A DNA stretch of 54,792 bases from a virus. Its lineage: Duplodnaviria > Caudoviricetes. The stretch covers positions 1 through 54,792 of the IMG/VR virus record IMGVR_UViG_3300044785_000009; one strand, written 5' to 3'. The position numbers were made by a program, and so were the translations under genes. Below, piece after piece: positions 9,852-19,130 of the stretch; positions within the stretch are counted from its first letter, which is position 1, and each line of letters starts with the position of its first letter. The notes under the pieces were generated by a model. That model saw only the letters and a program-made list of their open reading frames with translations, was not told the origin of the DNA and ran no database searches.

Positions 9852-10682
9852 ATGAATCTCAAGCAGGTGACAGCTTGGCGGCATGTAGGCTCTCCGTATG
9901 ATCTTTGCCAACCAGGTAAGGACTTCAAAAGAGTCATGCAAGGTTATGGCTATACGGTGTACGACTATCCCGATGACGCACATCTACTAGCCAATCCAGC
10001 TGAGGACCACTGCCCGTTCAGTGACACAGGATTCCCGAGCGAGTCGCCATACGGTCGAGGCATGGCAACTGACTTGATGCCACACTCGGATCCGAAGATG
10101 CCGACGCTAGTTCAAATCGGTCTGCAAATGTATAACGACAAGATGGCAGGACATCCTGCACTCGCTGCGATGAAGTATCAGAACTGGACTGACACGGACA
10201 ACAACTGTTGGCACGACAAGTGGCAGTATAGTCACGTCCGCAGTTCGAGCACGGATCGCGGTCACCAACATAACTCGTACTACACCGACTACGTGGACAG
10301 CAACGCCATGACTAGCTACGATCCAATTGCAAGACTCCGAGGAAAGAAGGGAAAGAAGATGCGTGCATATAAGGCGAGTGATAACGATACGGTCTACCTC
10401 GGTGACGGCATCACCTGCCGGAGCAACTTCACCTGGGAGCAGTTCAAGTACATGATCGACCTCGGCCTGATCGAGTCGCCGCCGTCCGGTCAGCCTACTG
10501 CCGGCGCCGACAAGTACGACGCGATGGTCTGGGTGCTGATTCCCGGTCAAGTCGAGAACTACGCCGGCGTTCTGATCGAGCCTGGCTCGGTCGCCCTGCC
10601 CGAATCGTTGCCGACTACCGGCAACGGAACATTCACCTTCACGACAGGATCGATTGAACTGACTTCGACAAGATTGGCATAA
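9852..10682 (+). CDS. putative endolysin / Zn-dependent peptidoglycan peptidase (M15-like)
   Basis: DDAH...EDH...ATD...KY.NW...GHQH pattern resembles the H...D...HxH Zn ligands of actinophage lysin peptidases. Confidence 0.5.
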   Translation: MNLKQVTAWRHVGSPYDLCQPGKDFKRVMQGYGYTVYDYPDDAHLLANPAEDHCPFSDTGFPSESPYGRGMATDLMPHSDPKMPTLVQIGLQMYNDKMAGHPALAAMKYQNWTDTDNNCWHDKWQYSHVRSSSTDRGHQHNSYYTDYVDSNAMTSYDPIARLRGKKGKKMRAYKASDNDTVYLGDGITCRSNFTWEQFKYMIDLGLIESPPSGQPTAGADKYDAMVWVLIPGQVENYAGVLIEPGSVALPESLPTTGNGTFTFTTGSIELTSTRLA

Positions 10683-10699
10683 GAAGGGTAAGTCGTTCC

Positions 10700-11782
10700 A
10701 TGGCCGATTATAGGTACATCTATAGTGCACTACGTACCGAAGCGATCATTGCGGAGATTCCACTCTTCGGTACGTACTTCGATCTTGCGCTGAACATCGG
10801 AGGTCGCGGGGACGGTACCTTTCAGTTGGACATGACAGGCTATGATAATCAGACTTTGATGGATGCAACTATTCCCGGCGAGTGTGGACTCGTTGTCGAG
10901 CGGAATGGTGATCCAGTCTGGTCTGGGTTCGTTTGGTCACGCACCTATCAGAGCCAATCTAAAACGGTGCAATTGTACCATCAGAGCTGGGAGAACTTTC
11001 CCTCGTACCAATTGAATCTTGAAGATCTTGATTTGACTGACGAGCAAATTACCATCTTCAAGAGTCTATGGACTCGTATGCAGGCGGTTCCAGGACGCAA
11101 CATGAATATCAACGTCGATCCATCAACAGCTCCGATAGTTACGACGAAGCCACTTCAGACACTCTTGACAGACTACAAGTTCTATGGTGAGCTGATGTCT
11201 TCACTGGCTGACTCTGATAACGGTTTCGACTGGACTATCGACATCGGAAAGACAGGCAATCAGTACGTTCGTACGTTGCGTACAGGCTTTCCCAGGCTAG
11301 GCTCGGCAGACCCGTCGCTGCTGACGTTCGAGTATCCTGGTGCCATCTTAAACTACTACGCAACCGAATCGATGTCAGGAGCCGGCACGAACGTCTTCAC
11401 TCTCGGTGCCGGTTCGGGATCAGACATGCCAGTCTTCGAGTCGAAACAGGACTTGATGATCGCTCAAGGCTCGCCGAGGTGGGATGCTGTAGTTACCCGC
11501 AAAGACGTTACTGACCAAAGCCTGCTCGAAGGTATTGGTATCCAGAACGGATTCAACCGAAAGCCTCCGCAGTTAGTTATCAAGCCCGAATTCAACTCCG
11601 ACTTGCAGCCGCAGTTTGGTAGCTTCGGTTTGGGTGACTCAGCCCAGCTCAATATCAAGGACCCAAGATTCCCGAATGGTTTCCTCTTTAACTGTCACGT
11701 TGCGAAGTGGACTCTACAACCCCAGTCGACATCTAACATCGACTATTACAATCTCATCTTCGTAGGAGACACGGACTCATGA
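10700..11782 (+). CDS. minor tail protein (baseplate hub / Tal-like)
   Basis: V.R.G.PVW.G.VW.R and GD...L.I.D.RFP.G motifs, position in the tail module. Confidence 0.75.
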   Translation: MADYRYIYSALRTEAIIAEIPLFGTYFDLALNIGGRGDGTFQLDMTGYDNQTLMDATIPGECGLVVERNGDPVWSGFVWSRTYQSQSKTVQLYHQSWENFPSYQLNLEDLDLTDEQITIFKSLWTRMQAVPGRNMNINVDPSTAPIVTTKPLQTLLTDYKFYGELMSSLADSDNGFDWTIDIGKTGNQYVRTLRTGFPRLGSADPSLLTFEYPGAILNYYATESMSGAGTNVFTLGAGSGSDMPVFESKQDLMIAQGSPRWDAVVTRKDVTDQSLLEGIGIQNGFNRKPPQLVIKPEFNSDLQPQFGSFGLGDSAQLNIKDPRFPNGFLFNCHVAKWTLQPQSTSNIDYYNLIFVGDTDS

Positions 11783-12465
11783 CGGGTAAGGGTAGATATA
11801 ATCTTGGTGAGAACACAGATCTTATTGCCAAGCTCGCCGATATGGAGAACCGTCTCTCGAGGCTTGAGCGGGCACCTCAACTTGGAACAACAAGCATCGA
11901 TAGCGGCACTCTCGTCGTCAAGGATAACACCGGCACCACACGAGTTGAGGTTGGCCTGCTAGAGGATGGTTCCTACGGTCTGGAAGTACGCGAACAAGGA
12001 CAAACAGATCTGCACCAGGTCCCATTCGTGTACACACAATCGATCATAACTGGCGAAGTGTGTTCTAGCTCGACGTATGGAGACCTTACTACACCTGGTC
12101 CGGCCGTGACTGTACCCGTTCGATCGAGTGGTCGAATCTTGATTCTCGCTACTGCACAAATTCAAGTCACGACTGCCTTCGCGGCAAGTGTAACGGCCGA
12201 CGGTCGGTTCAATGTCGAATTCTCAGGAGCCAATACCAGGACTCCAAACGAAGTAGTCGACCCACTCGTCGGCATTGCTGACAATAACACCATTGTCACA
12301 TCAGGTACGATCGCGTTCTTCTCCGCCATCTCGGGGACATCACAGGCTGTCTTCGAAGGTTTGAATCCAGGCAATACAACGATCACCATGAAGTATCGAC
12401 GAAGCACCCTCGCTACTGCTGACCCTACGTTCTTCCGGCGTGCTCTAACGGTGTTCGCGCTCTAA
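11779..12465 (+). CDS. minor tail protein
   Basis: N-terminal coiled coil (ENRLSRLERAP). C-terminal domain resembles that of 8804-9841 (STYxDLxTxGPxVT...GLxPG). Confidence 0.7.
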   Translation: MTGKGRYNLGENTDLIAKLADMENRLSRLERAPQLGTTSIDSGTLVVKDNTGTTRVEVGLLEDGSYGLEVREQGQTDLHQVPFVYTQSIITGEVCSSSTYGDLTTPGPAVTVPVRSSGRILILATAQIQVTTAFAASVTADGRFNVEFSGANTRTPNEVVDPLVGIADNNTIVTSGTIAFFSAISGTSQAVFEGLNPGNTTITMKYRRSTLATADPTFFRRALTVFAL

Positions 12466-12473
12466 CATAGACT

Positions 12474-12518
12474 GCTGGCCGGCTACTCGGACTCACCCTC
12501 CTCCAGTAGCCGGCCAGC
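12474..12518. terminator. stem-loop between the convergent late and early/middle arms
   Basis: GCTGGCCGGCTACT / AGTAGCCGGCCAGC, a perfect 14-bp stem. Confidence 0.75.
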
Positions 12519-12522
12519 TTGC

Positions 12523-12702
12523 TCAGTACCCTACGAATACCATAGCTAATGCGCCGAGCAGGATAAGATCGAGGAGACCCCAAAGGCCAAAGAAGATAAA
12601 GAGTACACTCACTACGTGATACTCGATCTTATCTCCAAGCTTCCTATCGTCAGCTCTTCTCTGTGGTATTGCAAAGTCGATTATGTCGAGTGGTTTATTC
12701 AT
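12523..12702 (-). CDS. 59-aa membrane protein (not in the ORF track)
   Basis: MNKPLDIIDFAIPQRRADDRKLGDKIEYHVVSVLFIFFGLWGLLDLILLGALAMVFVGY. ATGA overlap with the upstream gene. Confidence 0.55.
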   Translation of the reverse strand: MNKPLDIIDFAIPQRRADDRKLGDKIEYHVVSVLFIFFGLWGLLDLILLGALAMVFVGY

Positions 12703-13376
12703 GACGGTGATGAGCTCCCGCCGAGACGATTTGTAAGGGGTCCATCAGGTGGTACTTCAACGTCAGTGGGGCGGAACGGATCGAAGAGGTGCTTCTCTCC
12801 GAGGGAGAACGAGCGGTACCTCAGCAAGTGCCTTGTGGCATCCATCGCGTGCCCCTGTCCAGGAACCCACAGGTGCAATTGCTTGATTCGATTATCAGTC
12901 CAGAATCCCTTACCGAGACCAGCACCGGACGGAATAAGCTTGACGTAGTCTCGATCAACCGCCCAGTATTTTAAGGCGCCAATAACTTCGGCGGCTGTAT
13001 AGTCGATCTTGTCTCGATAGCGCTCGGTCATCCGATAGTCGAAGGTCTCGTAGCCAATGTGCACTCTCGGCTTCGCAATGAATGGTTGAACTGTAGTGGT
13101 CCAGAGCTGCAGCTGCTTAAACATTGCCTTGAGAAAGTAGCCGTCAGTGCAAGGCATCTGTGCCCGTTCCCAGGTCATAGCCTTATCGATCCCGGAATCG
13201 ATAGTCCAGAACGCTGCCATGCCCGTAGTACCACCTGGGTCTAACCAGATGATCAGCTTCGGCGCTACGTATGTACCGCCTAGGTTCATATTAGTCATGT
13301 AGCTGTCTCTCCACTTCTTCTTGAACGCGACGAGATCACCCATCACGTCGTGGTTAGGATCGTCCCAAGGTAGCAT
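12699..13376 (-). CDS. RuvC-like Holliday junction resolvase
   Basis: WLDPGGTTG, GYETF and HAMDA motifs of the RNase H/RuvC fold. Confidence 0.7.
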   Translation of the reverse strand: MLPWDDPNHDVMGDLVAFKKKWRDSYMTNMNLGGTYVAPKLIIWLDPGGTTGMAAFWTIDSGIDKAMTWERAQMPCTDGYFLKAMFKQLQLWTTTVQPFIAKPRVHIGYETFDYRMTERYRDKIDYTAAEVIGALKYWAVDRDYVKLIPSGAGLGKGFWTDNRIKQLHLWVPGQGHAMDATRHLLRYRSFSLGEKHLFDPFRPTDVEVPPDGPLTNRLGGSSSPS

Positions 13377-13436
13377 TTAATTCGCCACCTTCCTTTTGCC
13401 GCAATCGCCCCTGTGGGAGTTCGTTGCACCGTCTTG

Positions 13437-13530
13437 CTTAGACTCTAGTTAGACAAAACTGGTATAAAGTCTATCTAGACCATAGATTCCTTTTGTCTAT
13501 TAGGTTATCTCTCTTGTCTAACTAACGTCT
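13437..13530 (-). repeat. dispersed palindromic element, copy 2
   Basis: Reverse complement reads TAGACAAGAGAGATAAC...AGACAAAAGGAATCTA...TTTTGTCTAACTAGAGTCTAAG. Confidence 0.8.
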
Positions 13531-13545
13531 CTACGACTTGCTAGC

Positions 13546-13866
13546 CTAGAGGTTCTCTATGACTTCTAGCCTCTTGACTAGTTCGTCTCGTAGCGCTGTG
13601 AGCTCGTCGAGTCTAGCTTGGACGAGTGCGAGCTTGCGCTGTAGGGAAGTACGGCCGCGTAGGCAGACGATGATGTTGTCAGGCTCAAGGTTGGTCTTGT
13701 CACCATCGGAGAAGGTAACATACTCGTCAGAGCGAAGCTTTCGTCCGAGCTTCTCTTCGGCTACGAGGCGTTGGACGAGTATCCAACCTTCTTCCACTTT
13801 GACGTACTGGTAACCGTTTGGAGCTATTCGGCTCGTTCCGATATCGGATGTTGTTCCTCTTGGCAT
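13546..13866 (-). CDS. degenerate HNH-like protein with C-terminal coiled coil
   Basis: GY..V....W..V(Q)RLV.E..LGR.L...E.V(TF).DGDK.N...N follows the HNH pattern, but its His residues are replaced. Confidence 0.6.
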   Translation of the reverse strand: MPRGTTSDIGTSRIAPNGYQYVKVEEGWILVQRLVAEEKLGRKLRSDEYVTFSDGDKTNLEPDNIIVCLRGRTSLQRKLALVQARLDELTALRDELVKRLEVIENL

Positions 13867-13947
13867 ATATCACCCCTTAATGTTCTTCAGTGTCCAATCG
13901 ACGAACTTGTCCATGATCTTGTTGGCGAGCTTGAGAAACCAGAGCAT

Positions 13948-16332
13948 CTATAAATCACCCCAGTTCTTTCCGATGGATAGATCTACGGGCCAGGGAACAT
14001 AGTCAGTGAACTTGCTGCCTTCCTCGGCCATGACCGAAGAGAGTATCTCCCCGACTTCGGTGGCCTGTACTTCCTTGCACTCGACAACCAGAGCGTCGTG
14101 AATTGTAAGCCGGATAAATCCCAAACCACGAAGCATTGGTCGCACGCGGATAAGTGCGGATAGACAAATATCGGACGCAGTAGATTGTGGCAGATAGGAC
14201 AAGGCTTCATTCATCACATCCTTCTTGTTCTGTTCAGTAATCAACCAGAACCTACGGCGGCGACCAAATGGTGACACAAGAGGATTGCCGCTCATTACTT
14301 GAGCCCTGACCATATTCTGCCATGCCATGACTTCAGGAAACAACCCTAGGAACTCTCGGTACTGTCGCTCGCCATCAGTCGCGGACAGACCGTATTCTTG
14401 TGCAATACTCCACGACTCTCGTCCATAAGCGATGCCGTAGAAGAATGCCTTCGTTCGAATGTACTCTTCCTTGCCCCAGCCTTCGCCGTAGAGTTGATCC
14501 GACAACTCGTTAAAGAACTTGTATCCTGGCGTCTGATTGCTGAGGATATCCCGAAGATAACTATCTTGGGCTAGCGTAGCCATGACACGAGCTTCAGCGT
14601 TAGCATAGTCACATTGGATTAGTACGTTGTCAGGATGTGTGACACTAAACTGTCGTCGGATCTCCTTATCACGCACAATGTTTTGAAGATTCGGATTTCG
14701 ACTCGCCAGACGTCCTGAAGTTGTACCGTGAAGAAGGTAAGTCGTGTAAATACGTCCACGGTACATTCGCTTCCGGATGCCAGCAATGTATGTACTATAG
14801 AGCTTGTGCTGTCGTCGATATTTGAGCATAGCTCCAATAAATCGTCGGCAGGCACTCCCTTCGTGCACTCTTCCGAGCAGCGCTGTGAGTGTCTCTTCAT
14901 TCGTAGACTGGACTCTGACATTCTGACTCTCCAGGTAGGCCTTGACCTGCATCGGCGAACGAGGATTGATTCCAGTCATCGGCACATCGAGATGACCTGT
15001 TGAGCCGATAACAACGTCTGCGATCTCCTGCTCGATCACTTCTAGGCGAGCGAGGTACTCACCCTCCAGCTTGAGCATATACTCCTTGTCGATAGCGATA
15101 CCATTCAGCTCGAGGAACATAAGCTGGTTAGCAGCCTTGACAAGGAAGTCGTGAACATGACGAACACCCTCACGCTCCATACTGGCAGTGAACAACTCCC
15201 ACAAATCCCACGTGCACACAACATCGTATGCATTGTACTTGTATAGGATAGGCCGCGGGATGTTCGCGTACGATCCTTTCTTCGGAATGTACTTCTTGAT
15301 GTCGTCATCGTACTTCGGAGCGCCTAGCTTCTCTACAGCCAGGACCTTAAGGCCGTGACCTCCAGGCCGCTCATCGAGTACGTAGCTGGCAAGCATTGTG
15401 TCACCCCAGAGCTCGAGGGTTCCGAGGGTTGGGAAAAGTCCGGCAAGATCAAATTTGCCGTTGTGTCCGATGAGTTGCTTGGATCGGAGGAGTTTCCGGA
15501 GAGCATTGACCACTGCTGGGAAGGTAAGTGCACTTTCACCCAGAACCACTGCTCGTCCTCTTGCGTAAGCAATTCCCACGCATAGAAGAGAATAGTTGTT
15601 CGGATGGTCAAACCCGACGTCTTTATCAAAACCGACTTCAATGTCAATAACGAGAGGTCCCTCCAACTCTCCTAGTTCATCAATAATTCGGAGCGCTTGA
15701 TCAGGATCGTCAAATGCTCGCCAGATAGGTTCACTCCAAGGCTCACGGTTACTCTCCTTCAGCTTTCCGATGTCAGATACGAGGGCCGGAAATGCATCTG
15801 CATTCCGGAGACAGTACGCTGGATGCCATGTCGGAATGACAGTCGCAGTATCTGCAAGGCCAGCGTTCGTAAGGAACCTTGCAGGTCGCTTGGGTGGACC
15901 GATACGAAGCGTGGTAATTGTACCTGGATCATCAACGAGTAAGGTCGATGCGGTGCCACCAAGTGCAATGATACTAGTAGACTCATTGGCGACGAGTTCG
16001 TTTGTGAGACGTCCACGACAAGCAACCACTGCAGCCTTAGGAGGAGTTGCGTTATCCGCAGGACGGCATAGACAAACATTGGTCAACATCACCTCCGATC
16101 GAGATACCCCATGATGTTTGAGCACGGTCGTAAGCAACTTGCCGGAAGGACCTGTAAAGGGAACACCCTTCGTCACCTCGTAGAATCCAGGAGCCTCTCC
16201 GACCAAAGCTATTCTACGTTCGCCATTCGACGCAGGCGGCCCCTGTGGGTGTTTAGTAGGCACCATCCCCTCGTCTCGCAGCGGGCAATGGCTACAGTCA
16301 GCACCTAAGTGCTCAGCTTTCATGTAGCCCAC
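13948..16332 (-). CDS. polA: family A DNA polymerase with N-terminal family-4 uracil-DNA glycosylase domain and 3'-5' exonuclease
   Basis: UDG: CSHC, GEAPG, PFTGPSG, N.CLCRP, HPAY. Exonuclease: DIE, HNGKFD, YNAYD. Polymerase: TTSGRLAS.NPNLQN, DYANAE, RTKAFFYGIAYG, IHDAL. Confidence 0.93.
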   Translation of the reverse strand: MGYMKAEHLGADCSHCPLRDEGMVPTKHPQGPPASNGERRIALVGEAPGFYEVTKGVPFTGPSGKLLTTVLKHHGVSRSEVMLTNVCLCRPADNATPPKAAVVACRGRLTNELVANESTSIIALGGTASTLLVDDPGTITTLRIGPPKRPARFLTNAGLADTATVIPTWHPAYCLRNADAFPALVSDIGKLKESNREPWSEPIWRAFDDPDQALRIIDELGELEGPLVIDIEVGFDKDVGFDHPNNYSLLCVGIAYARGRAVVLGESALTFPAVVNALRKLLRSKQLIGHNGKFDLAGLFPTLGTLELWGDTMLASYVLDERPGGHGLKVLAVEKLGAPKYDDDIKKYIPKKGSYANIPRPILYKYNAYDVVCTWDLWELFTASMEREGVRHVHDFLVKAANQLMFLELNGIAIDKEYMLKLEGEYLARLEVIEQEIADVVIGSTGHLDVPMTGINPRSPMQVKAYLESQNVRVQSTNEETLTALLGRVHEGSACRRFIGAMLKYRRQHKLYSTYIAGIRKRMYRGRIYTTYLLHGTTSGRLASRNPNLQNIVRDKEIRRQFSVTHPDNVLIQCDYANAEARVMATLAQDSYLRDILSNQTPGYKFFNELSDQLYGEGWGKEEYIRTKAFFYGIAYGRESWSIAQEYGLSATDGERQYREFLGLFPEVMAWQNMVRAQVMSGNPLVSPFGRRRRFWLITEQNKKDVMNEALSYLPQSTASDICLSALIRVRPMLRGLGFIRLTIHDALVVECKEVQATEVGEILSSVMAEEGSKFTDYVPWPVDLSIGKNWGDL

Positions 16333-17069
16333 TCCTTGAACACCTTGATGTTATAGTCGAGCAGCTTTATGCTGACAGGCGAAGGCCGCTGGAAGTAGTC
16401 GAAACGACGTGGCTCACGAAACTCCGAAGCGTGTAGAGCTGTCATCGTCAGATCAGCTTCGGCCATCTTGTACGGCTGTGCTGAGTCCATCGATCGAACT
16501 TCAGAAGGGAATTCTACGTCGAGCATTTCGGTCTGGAAGAGCTTGTGTAGCCCCAGCAGGTGGATCTTGAAACGGTTTCTGTGTCGCTTCAGGATAGCCT
16601 GGGCTACTTCCGACCTAATTGTGTCATGACGCTTGGTGATGAGGATCTTCGGAATGCCGATCGTAGTGATAGCAGGTAGCTGACTGAACTGTCGAATGAG
16701 ATACATCACTTCATCGAAGTCGACACCCTGAGCAACCGCCATGATGTTGTAGTCGTGTGACTCTGGCCAGTCAGTGAGGAAGTCCATCGTGCGTGTGAGG
16801 GTAGCTGCAGCATCGCCGAGAACGTCAGGTGCGACGATCTCATGCACCTGCATGTCCTTAGCCGTCTGCATGAGTCGGTTGTTGCTGATCAGGTTGCCCT
16901 CGGCGCAGCCATTATCGAGGATGAGATAGTCGCCACGCTTGCGAGCGTCTACGTAGGTCCGTTGGTACTCTTGGTTCCGTCGAAGCGATAAGAATGGGAG
17001 GCAGAGGTGGATGTCACTCTGTAGCGCGGTGGCTTCTAGGCCCCTCGGTGGAATCAGTGCGGCTTTCAT
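16320..17069 (-). CDS. divergent TGT/DpdA-like TIM-barrel (putative 7-deazaguanine transglycosylase)
   Basis: LILDNG..E, APDVLGD, MAVAQG, IHLLG and SMDS follow the motif order of the tRNA-guanine transglycosylase fold. Adjacent to preQ0 genes. Confidence 0.6.
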   Translation of the reverse strand: MKAALIPPRGLEATALQSDIHLCLPFLSLRRNQEYQRTYVDARKRGDYLILDNGCAEGNLISNNRLMQTAKDMQVHEIVAPDVLGDAAATLTRTMDFLTDWPESHDYNIMAVAQGVDFDEVMYLIRQFSQLPAITTIGIPKILITKRHDTIRSEVAQAILKRHRNRFKIHLLGLHKLFQTEMLDVEFPSEVRSMDSAQPYKMAEADLTMTALHASEFREPRRFDYFQRPSPVSIKLLDYNIKVFKEWAT

Positions 17070-17175
17070 TCTTCTCCCTGCTCAAGTTCCATTTGATGGC
17101 AATTAGGAGGGCTACGAGAGTAATTCCGTTGCCCATAACGATAGCGCTAACCAGTAAGATATACTGCTGCCACAT
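17014..17175 (-). CDS. 53-aa single-TM protein (not in the ORF track)
   Basis: MWQQYILLVSAIVMGNGITLVALLIAIKWNLSREK... TAATG coupling with the upstream gene. Confidence 0.45.
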   Translation of the reverse strand: MWQQYILLVSAIVMGNGITLVALLIAIKWNLSREKNESRTDSTEGPRSHRATE

Positions 17176-17486
17176 TAGTTCCCCAGTCCCATAAATCCTG
17201 CAGCGTTCATGAATGGTGTACTTGTAGGAGCACCTTCACCATCAGCGATGACTTCTCGGATACGCTCCTGAAGTAGTCGTAGCTTGATAAAGGTGTACCT
17301 AGCATAGTTCGCTAGGTCGACGATCTCGTCTAGAGCTTCCTCCATCGTATCGACAATAAGGAAGTTGCCAGGACCATACTTCTCGGCGCCTACTAGATGA
17401 CGCTCTTCGCACGCAGCGTCGAACTCTTCGCTGAAGCCGACGATGATCTCGGCAATGCCCTTCTCTGCTTCTTCTGTCTCTGCCAT
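17175..17486 (-). CDS. small all-alpha NTP-pyrophosphatase (MazG-superfamily)-like protein
   Basis: R...G.EKYG followed by the acidic helix EEALDEIVDLANY. Confidence 0.55.
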   Translation of the reverse strand: MAETEEAEKGIAEIIVGFSEEFDAACEERHLVGAEKYGPGNFLIVDTMEEALDEIVDLANYARYTFIKLRLLQERIREVIADGEGAPTSTPFMNAAGFMGLGN

Positions 17487-18046
17487 TAGTGACTCCCGTT
17501 GAGTCTGCTGAGGAATTCGGCCTTAGCTGTACGAGTATGATCGTTAAACACGCCAGACATCGAGGCTGTGTACGTCTTCGTGCCCGAACTCTTGACGCCC
17601 CGAATCGACATGCACATGTGTTCGGCTTCGAGGACGACGGCAAGTCCTCGAGGTACTAGTCCTTCCTCGAGGAAGTCGGCGACCTGCTTCGTCAGTCGCT
17701 CTTGCAGCTGCAGACCGTGAGCGAAGTGTTGTACGACCCTCGCCAACTTGCTTAGGCCAACGAGTAGCTCTCCTGGAACGTAGCCGATGTGAGCGACTCC
17801 GAAGAAGGGAATGACGTGATGGTTACAGAGCGAGACGAATTGAATGTCTCGCTCGATGATCATCTCGTCGGTTCCATCGTTGTTGAAGACCTTCCACTTG
17901 ATTGGTGGAGGTGTCGTAAGCTCCTGCAACATCTTGACGAAGCGCGTAGGAGTATCTTCACCGTGCTGATCGTGAATGTCCAGGCCAGCTGCTAGTCGTA
18001 GCAACGTACTAGCAGCTGCGACAGCTTCACGTTCGTCAGGTGTCAC
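17486..18046 (-). CDS. folE: GTP cyclohydrolase I
   Basis: TP.R, SLCNHHVIPFFG..HIGY.P, GLSKLAR, QLQERLT, HMCM..RG. Confidence 0.95.
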   Translation of the reverse strand: MTPDEREAVAAASTLLRLAAGLDIHDQHGEDTPTRFVKMLQELTTPPPIKWKVFNNDGTDEMIIERDIQFVSLCNHHVIPFFGVAHIGYVPGELLVGLSKLARVVQHFAHGLQLQERLTKQVADFLEEGLVPRGLAVVLEAEHMCMSIRGVKSSGTKTYTASMSGVFNDHTRTAKAEFLSRLNGSH

Positions 18047-18378
18047 TGCTGGCTCCTCGGGTGATCAGTGGGAAGTGGCTTGAGAGCAGCCTCTTCGACG
18101 TTCTCGCGAGGAATGACCATCTTGCGGACCGTTCTACCAGTAGCATCCTTGACGTGAATCGCGACGAACTGATCCCAGCGGAAGGGTACGAGCTTCTTGC
18201 CACCGAGACGAGCATGTCCCGTACCGGTTGACCGTGTCAGGTTGAACTTCTTGTTGCGGAGCGTCGTACGGTTCGGAATGCGTTGCGGCTTGAACTTCTG
18301 CTCACGCAGCTCCGAAGCAATTGACTTATGTTCAAGCTCGGCGTTGAGTGCGATCTGAGCACTTAGTCTGTTGTCCAT
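18043..18378 (-). CDS. basic hypothetical protein within the preQ0 cluster
   Basis: Start MDNRLSAQ coupled to the queE stop by TAATG. Its stop overlaps the folE start. Confidence 0.6.
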   Translation of the reverse strand: MDNRLSAQIALNAELEHKSIASELREQKFKPQRIPNRTTLRNKKFNLTRSTGTGHARLGGKKLVPFRWDQFVAIHVKDATGRTVRKMVIPRENVEEAALKPLPTDHPRSQQ

Positions 18379-19130
18379 TACTTGTCCTTGTCGTCGCCCC
18401 AGAGGAGCACGTGCGAACGGAAAGTGACGCCATAGCCACGACAAATGGCCCTGTCGGCGAACAGCTGCGCAGTTGCGATGTTCTTCTCGGTCTTAGACCC
18501 TTCCGGCATAATCATGACTCGCCGTCGAGGAATGTGGCAATCGTTTACGATCAGGTCGATCTCGTCGAAGTCAGGGCCTAGTGTTTCAGGCGTGACCACG
18601 AACTTGAACCATGCTTTGCCTGTGCCGTTCAAGAGGCGAAGTACTTCAGGACGGTACCTCATCTCCTTTCGGTTGCCGCTCGACTCGAGCTTCGGCGAAA
18701 CGTTGTACTGAGTAACTACACGATCGAACTCGTACGTAGGTGCGATTGTTCCAGCCGTTTCGATGTGAATCTCGTTACTCCAATTGCGAAGAGCCCTACC
18801 GAGGTGCGTTAAATCCACCTGTTGAATCATTGGCTCACCACCAGAGATCACGACGATGGTTGGGTACTCCTTGTAGTTCCAGAGTTCGTCGATTTTCTTC
18901 AGAACAGTATCTAAATCCATCTCCTTTAGACCGTATGCCGGATCGTATCGATCGTACTGGATGCCGCTCTGGGTCTTGGCTGCACGCTCAGGAGTGTCGG
19001 CCCAGGTGTAGGCCGTATCACACCAGGTGCACGACAGATTGCAGTTGTACGTACGAACAAAGACGCAGTGCCTCCCAGCTGCTGCGCCCTCGCCCTGGAT
19101 AGTAGGACCAAAGATCTGACTGATCTTCAT
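18378..19130 (-). CDS. queE: 7-carboxy-7-deazaguanine synthase (radical SAM)
   Basis: IFGPTIQGEG, CNLSCTWCDT (CxxxCxxC), ISGGEP, IETAG, VSPKL. Confidence 0.95.
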   Translation of the reverse strand: MKISQIFGPTIQGEGAAAGRHCVFVRTYNCNLSCTWCDTAYTWADTPERAAKTQSGIQYDRYDPAYGLKEMDLDTVLKKIDELWNYKEYPTIVVISGGEPMIQQVDLTHLGRALRNWSNEIHIETAGTIAPTYEFDRVVTQYNVSPKLESSGNRKEMRYRPEVLRLLNGTGKAWFKFVVTPETLGPDFDEIDLIVNDCHIPRRRVMIMPEGSKTEKNIATAQLFADRAICRGYGVTFRSHVLLWGDDKDK

